From Nanopusillaceae archaeon (GTDB taxonomy: Archaea; Nanobdellota; Nanobdellia; Nanobdellales; Nanobdellaceae): 6,792 nucleotides of DNA. Shown piece after piece: positions 4,586-6,792 of the stretch (the stretch's first letter is position 1; the number at the start of each line of letters is the position of its first letter). Location of the stretch: NCBI GenBank assembly GCA_038735675.1, contig JAVYNJ010000021.1, forward strand, positions 1-6,792. The letters are read 5' to 3'. The position numbers were made by a program, and so were the translations under genes. The notes below the pieces were generated by a model, which did not search any database, was not told where the DNA came from, and was given only the letters and a program-made list of their open reading frames with translations.

Positions 4586-5254
4586 ATGAGAGAGTATAAT
4601 ATATGGCAATCTAGTACAAGATCTATCTTAGAATATATAATCAAAGAAATACTCTATGAAATACCTTATTCAATTAGCGGAGGATTTGCAGTTCAAATAT
4701 ATTCTTATGTTAATAAAGATAAATCTTTTAGAAGAAATACAAAAGATATAGATATTTTGGTTTTGCGTGAATATAAAGAAAAGCTATTAGATATTTTAAA
4801 AGATAAAAAAATTTATTATAAACTACAAAAAAGCGTTGTCAGAGATTCTTTAGATATAATTATGGAAAAAGGACCAAAAATTTCTATATCTTTTGTGGAT
4901 AATTTACCTAACTATGAAAAATTGAATATAAACAAAATAACAGTAAATGTAGAAAATTTAGAGAGTTTATTAGTAAATAAATTTTCAACATATAATTTTA
5001 GAACAGTTGATAAAGATATTACAGATTTATGTCAAGTGATTAAATTATTAAAGAAAAAAGAAGTGAATATGGATGAAATTATTGGAGCTATGAAAAGATA
5101 TAACATAGTTGAAGATGCTGAAAAAATGTTTTTTGTATTTTTAGAATTAAATGGTTTAATTAAATCTCCAGAAAAATATGTAGATATAGATGCTGAAGAA
5201 AAAAATAATTTTTCTTATTATTTAAAATCTAAGAAACTTATATGTAAAGAATAA
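4586..5254 (+). CDS. AbiEii/AbiGii-family (DUF1814) nucleotidyltransferase, toxin-type, with no cognate AbiEi-like partner in view
   Basis: 222 aa. SGGFAVQIYSYVNKDKSFRRNTKDIDILV (4679-4753) fits the GG[TS]AL...R.T.D[IL]D[FL] NTase motif. VENLESLLVNKFSTYNFRTVDKDITDLCQVIKL (4979-5029 core) fits the family's E.l.aeK..A...R....kD.yDl motif. Its AT-rich composition matches the rest of the window. Confidence 0.65.
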   Translation: MREYNIWQSSTRSILEYIIKEILYEIPYSISGGFAVQIYSYVNKDKSFRRNTKDIDILVLREYKEKLLDILKDKKIYYKLQKSVVRDSLDIIMEKGPKISISFVDNLPNYEKLNINKITVNVENLESLLVNKFSTYNFRTVDKDITDLCQVIKLLKKKEVNMDEIIGAMKRYNIVEDAEKMFFVFLELNGLIKSPEKYVDIDAEEKNNFSYYLKSKKLICKE

Positions 5255-5266
5255 TAAAAATATATG

Positions 5267-5341
5267 GCCCCCGTAGTGTAGCTAGGACGACATTCCGGGC
5301 CTCGGTCCCGGAGATCCGGGGTTCGAATCCCCGCGGGGGCA
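5267..5341 (+). tRNA. tRNA-Arg (anticodon UCG) with C at position 33; no intron, CCA not encoded
   Basis: Hand fold: GCCCCCG TA GTGT AGCTAGGACG ACAT T CCGGG CCTCGGT CCCGG AGATC CGGGG TTCGAAT CCCCG CGGGGGC A (75 nt). The only 7-nt anticodon loop is CCUCGGU, so 34-36 is UCG with G37. There is a G10-U25 wobble. Confidence 0.8.
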
Positions 5342-5407
5342 TGCTTATTTCTTCAAAACCCATAAGTAGAGTATATAATCAAAGTTAAAAAAATATGAAT
5401 TTATACA

Positions 5408-5590
5408 ATGAAGAAAAACAATAGAGAATATCGTAAAAACCTATTAAAAAAATTAAAGGCCAATAATTATCCTAAAGAAAGAATATTAACAAATATTAAT
5501 TTTTTTTATAAAACATATAGGGAGTGTCAGCGTGTATTTTTATACTATGCTAGGGTGAAAGTAATTAAAGTAAGAATTTATAATTTTTGA
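5408..5590 (+). CDS. Hypothetical very basic 60-aa ORF (doubtful)
   Basis: The only support is an open frame: MKKNNREYRKNLLKKLKANNYPKERIL.... I recognise no motif. Its 3' end contains the best TATA candidate for hsdM. Confidence 0.15.
   Translation: MKKNNREYRKNLLKKLKANNYPKERILTNINFFYKTYRECQRVFLYYARVKVIKVRIYNF
5577..5584 (+). promoter_or_regulatory. TATA-box candidate for hsdM
   Basis: tttataat lies 26-33 nt upstream of ATG 5610, consistent with a leaderless or very short-leader transcript. Confidence 0.35.
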
Positions 5591-5609
5591 AATAATAACT
5601 ATATACAGG

Positions 5610-6792
5610 ATGAAAAAGAGGAGCTCTGTTAAGGTAAGTATGAAAGACAATTCAATAACTCAAGAAAGTTCATTTCCTGAAAAGATAACACGTGAGAAGC
5701 TAAATGCTCTTGTTGATAAAGCTGCTGATATAATAAGAACGGCAACCGATTATAAATTTATTTTAGTTTTACTTTTTTTGAAGAGAATAAGTGATGTTTG
5801 GAAAGAGGAGTTCGAAGAAAAAAAGAAGGAATTAATGCAATATTTAGATGAAAAATCTGCTGAAAAAGAGGCTGAAAATGAAGTTTATCATACTTTTAAT
5901 TTGAAAAGAGAGTTATTATGGGATGAAATAACCAAAGATATCAAAAAATTACCCGAAAATCTTTCAAACGCTTTAATTAAGATAGCAGAATTAAATCCTG
6001 AACTTAAAGGTGTTATTGATAAATTCAGCTTCCTAGGTTTTACTACTCAGGAGCATAGAGTAAAGCTAATGCAGTTGGTTGAACTTTTTAACCAATATAA
6101 CTTTGGAAATAAGTATGTTTCAAGCGATATTATTGGAGACGCCTATGAGCATATACTTTATAGATTTGCTCCAACACGAGCAAAAGAAGGAGAAGTTTAC
6201 ACCCCAAGAGAAGTCATACAGCTCTTAGTTGAAATCTTAGATCCAAAGCCAGGAGAAAGTGTTTATGATCCCGCATGTGGTTCGGGAGGGATGTTAATAG
6301 TCTCTTATAAGTATGTAAGGGATAAATATGGAAAAGAGAAGAAGCTTCTACTTTATGGTCAAGAGTACAATCCAGATATTTACGGACTTTGCAAATTGAA
6401 TCTTATAGCTCATGGAATCACGGATGCTTTTATCGAATTTGGAGATAGTTTATTATATCCAAAGTTTACTGAAGGAGGAAAACTAAAACAATTTGATGTT
6501 GTTATTGCTAATGTCCCATGGAATCAACGCGGATATGGTGAAGAAACACTAAAAAAAGCAGATTTCAAGGAAAGATTTTTTGATTATCCTCCCGACAACA
6601 CAGCTGATTGGGCGTGGGTTCAACACATGTTAGCTTCAGCTAAGGAAAACGGAAGGGTAGGACTTGTAATAGACAATGGATGTTTGTTTAGAGGTGGTAA
6701 AGAGAAAGTTATTAGAAGTAAGATAGTTGAGAAGGATTTGATTGAAGCTGTTATTCTTTTACCAGAAAAGTTATTCTATAACACTAATGCTC
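5610..6792 (+). CDS. hsdM: Type I restriction-modification system, DNA methyltransferase subunit HsdM (N6-adenine), 3' end beyond the window
   Basis: Not in the track because the frame is open to the window end. My translation gives 394 codons from ATG 5610, with an alternative ATG at 5640. HsdM_N-like ADIIRTATDYKFILVLLFLKRISDVW; FGNKYVSSDIIGDAYEHILYRFA; GEVYTPREV; motif I VYDPACGSGGML (6267-6296 core); YGQEYNPDIY; motif IV VVIANVPWN (6510-6521); ADWAWVQHML; RVGLVIDNGCLFRGG; LIEAVILLPEKLFYNT. Confidence 0.9.
   Translation, partial: MKKRSSVKVSMKDNSITQESSFPEKITREKLNALVDKAADIIRTATDYKFILVLLFLKRISDVWKEEFEEKKKELMQYLDEKSAEKEAENEVYHTFNLKRELLWDEITKDIKKLPENLSNALIKIAELNPELKGVIDKFSFLGFTTQEHRVKLMQLVELFNQYNFGNKYVSSDIIGDAYEHILYRFAPTRAKEGEVYTPREVIQLLVEILDPKPGESVYDPACGSGGMLIVSYKYVRDKYGKEKKLLLYGQEYNPDIYGLCKLNLIAHGITDAFIEFGDSLLYPKFTEGGKLKQFDVVIANVPWNQRGYGEETLKKADFKERFFDYPPDNTADWAWVQHMLASAKENGRVGLVIDNGCLFRGGKEKVIRSKIVEKDLIEAVILLPEKLFYNTNA

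Noticed and set aside
5342-5609. Spacer between tRNA-Arg and hsdM as a structured ncRNA, att site or antitoxin gene
   Set aside because: There is a slightly GC-richer patch (about 5517-5560), but I could not find complementary arms, a repeat of the tRNA 3' end, or a recognisable protein motif in the 60-aa ORF. It is kept only as a low-confidence ORF and as part of the island-boundary finding.
1-6792. CRISPR arrays, IS/transposase genes, integrases, rRNA, and split or intron-containing tRNA halves
   Set aside because: I saw no regularly spaced direct repeats and no transposase or integrase-like ORFs. The only GC-rich islands outside coding motifs are the two complete, intron-less tRNAs.

Overview
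Very AT-rich archaeal window; hand-counted 60-nt lines outside the last gene are 13-28% G+C. It has two strongly GC-rich tRNA genes, tightly packed or overlapping genes, and TATA-like boxes about 25-33 nt upstream of several ATGs, suggesting leaderless mRNAs. This looks like a small, thermophile-type archaeal genome. Nanoarchaeota/DPANN-like is my guess and cannot be proven from this sequence. Minus-strand block, 1570 down to 1: catalytic tRNA-splicing endonuclease subunit, then a degenerate structural endonuclease paralog, then a small Bud32/RIO-like kinase, then the 5' end of a frame-broken GxGGxxG protein. Kae1 (t6A synthase) is divergent from this block and carries a roughly 75-aa insertion. 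A PAP2 phosphatase / polyprenol (dolichol) kinase fusion membrane protein converges on kae1 and overlaps it by 137 nt. Next is an isolated piece of the archaeal ribosomal supercluster: a 43-aa uL29-like ORF, aIF1/SUI1, and RNase P Rpp29. After that come tRNA-Phe(GAA) on the minus strand, a solitary AbiEii/DUF1814-type nucleotidyltransferase, tRNA-Arg(UCG) with an unusual C33, and a 268-nt poorly coding spacer. The window ends with the 5' 394 codons of a type I R-M methyltransferase (HsdM), which is visibly more GC-rich. I saw no CRISPR array, IS element, integrase or rRNA. The points most worth a second look are the antitoxin-less AbiEii-like NTase lying between two tRNA genes beside a probably acquired R-M locus, the linked alpha/beta splicing-endonuclease gene pair, the Kae1 insertion, and the phosphatase-kinase fusion.
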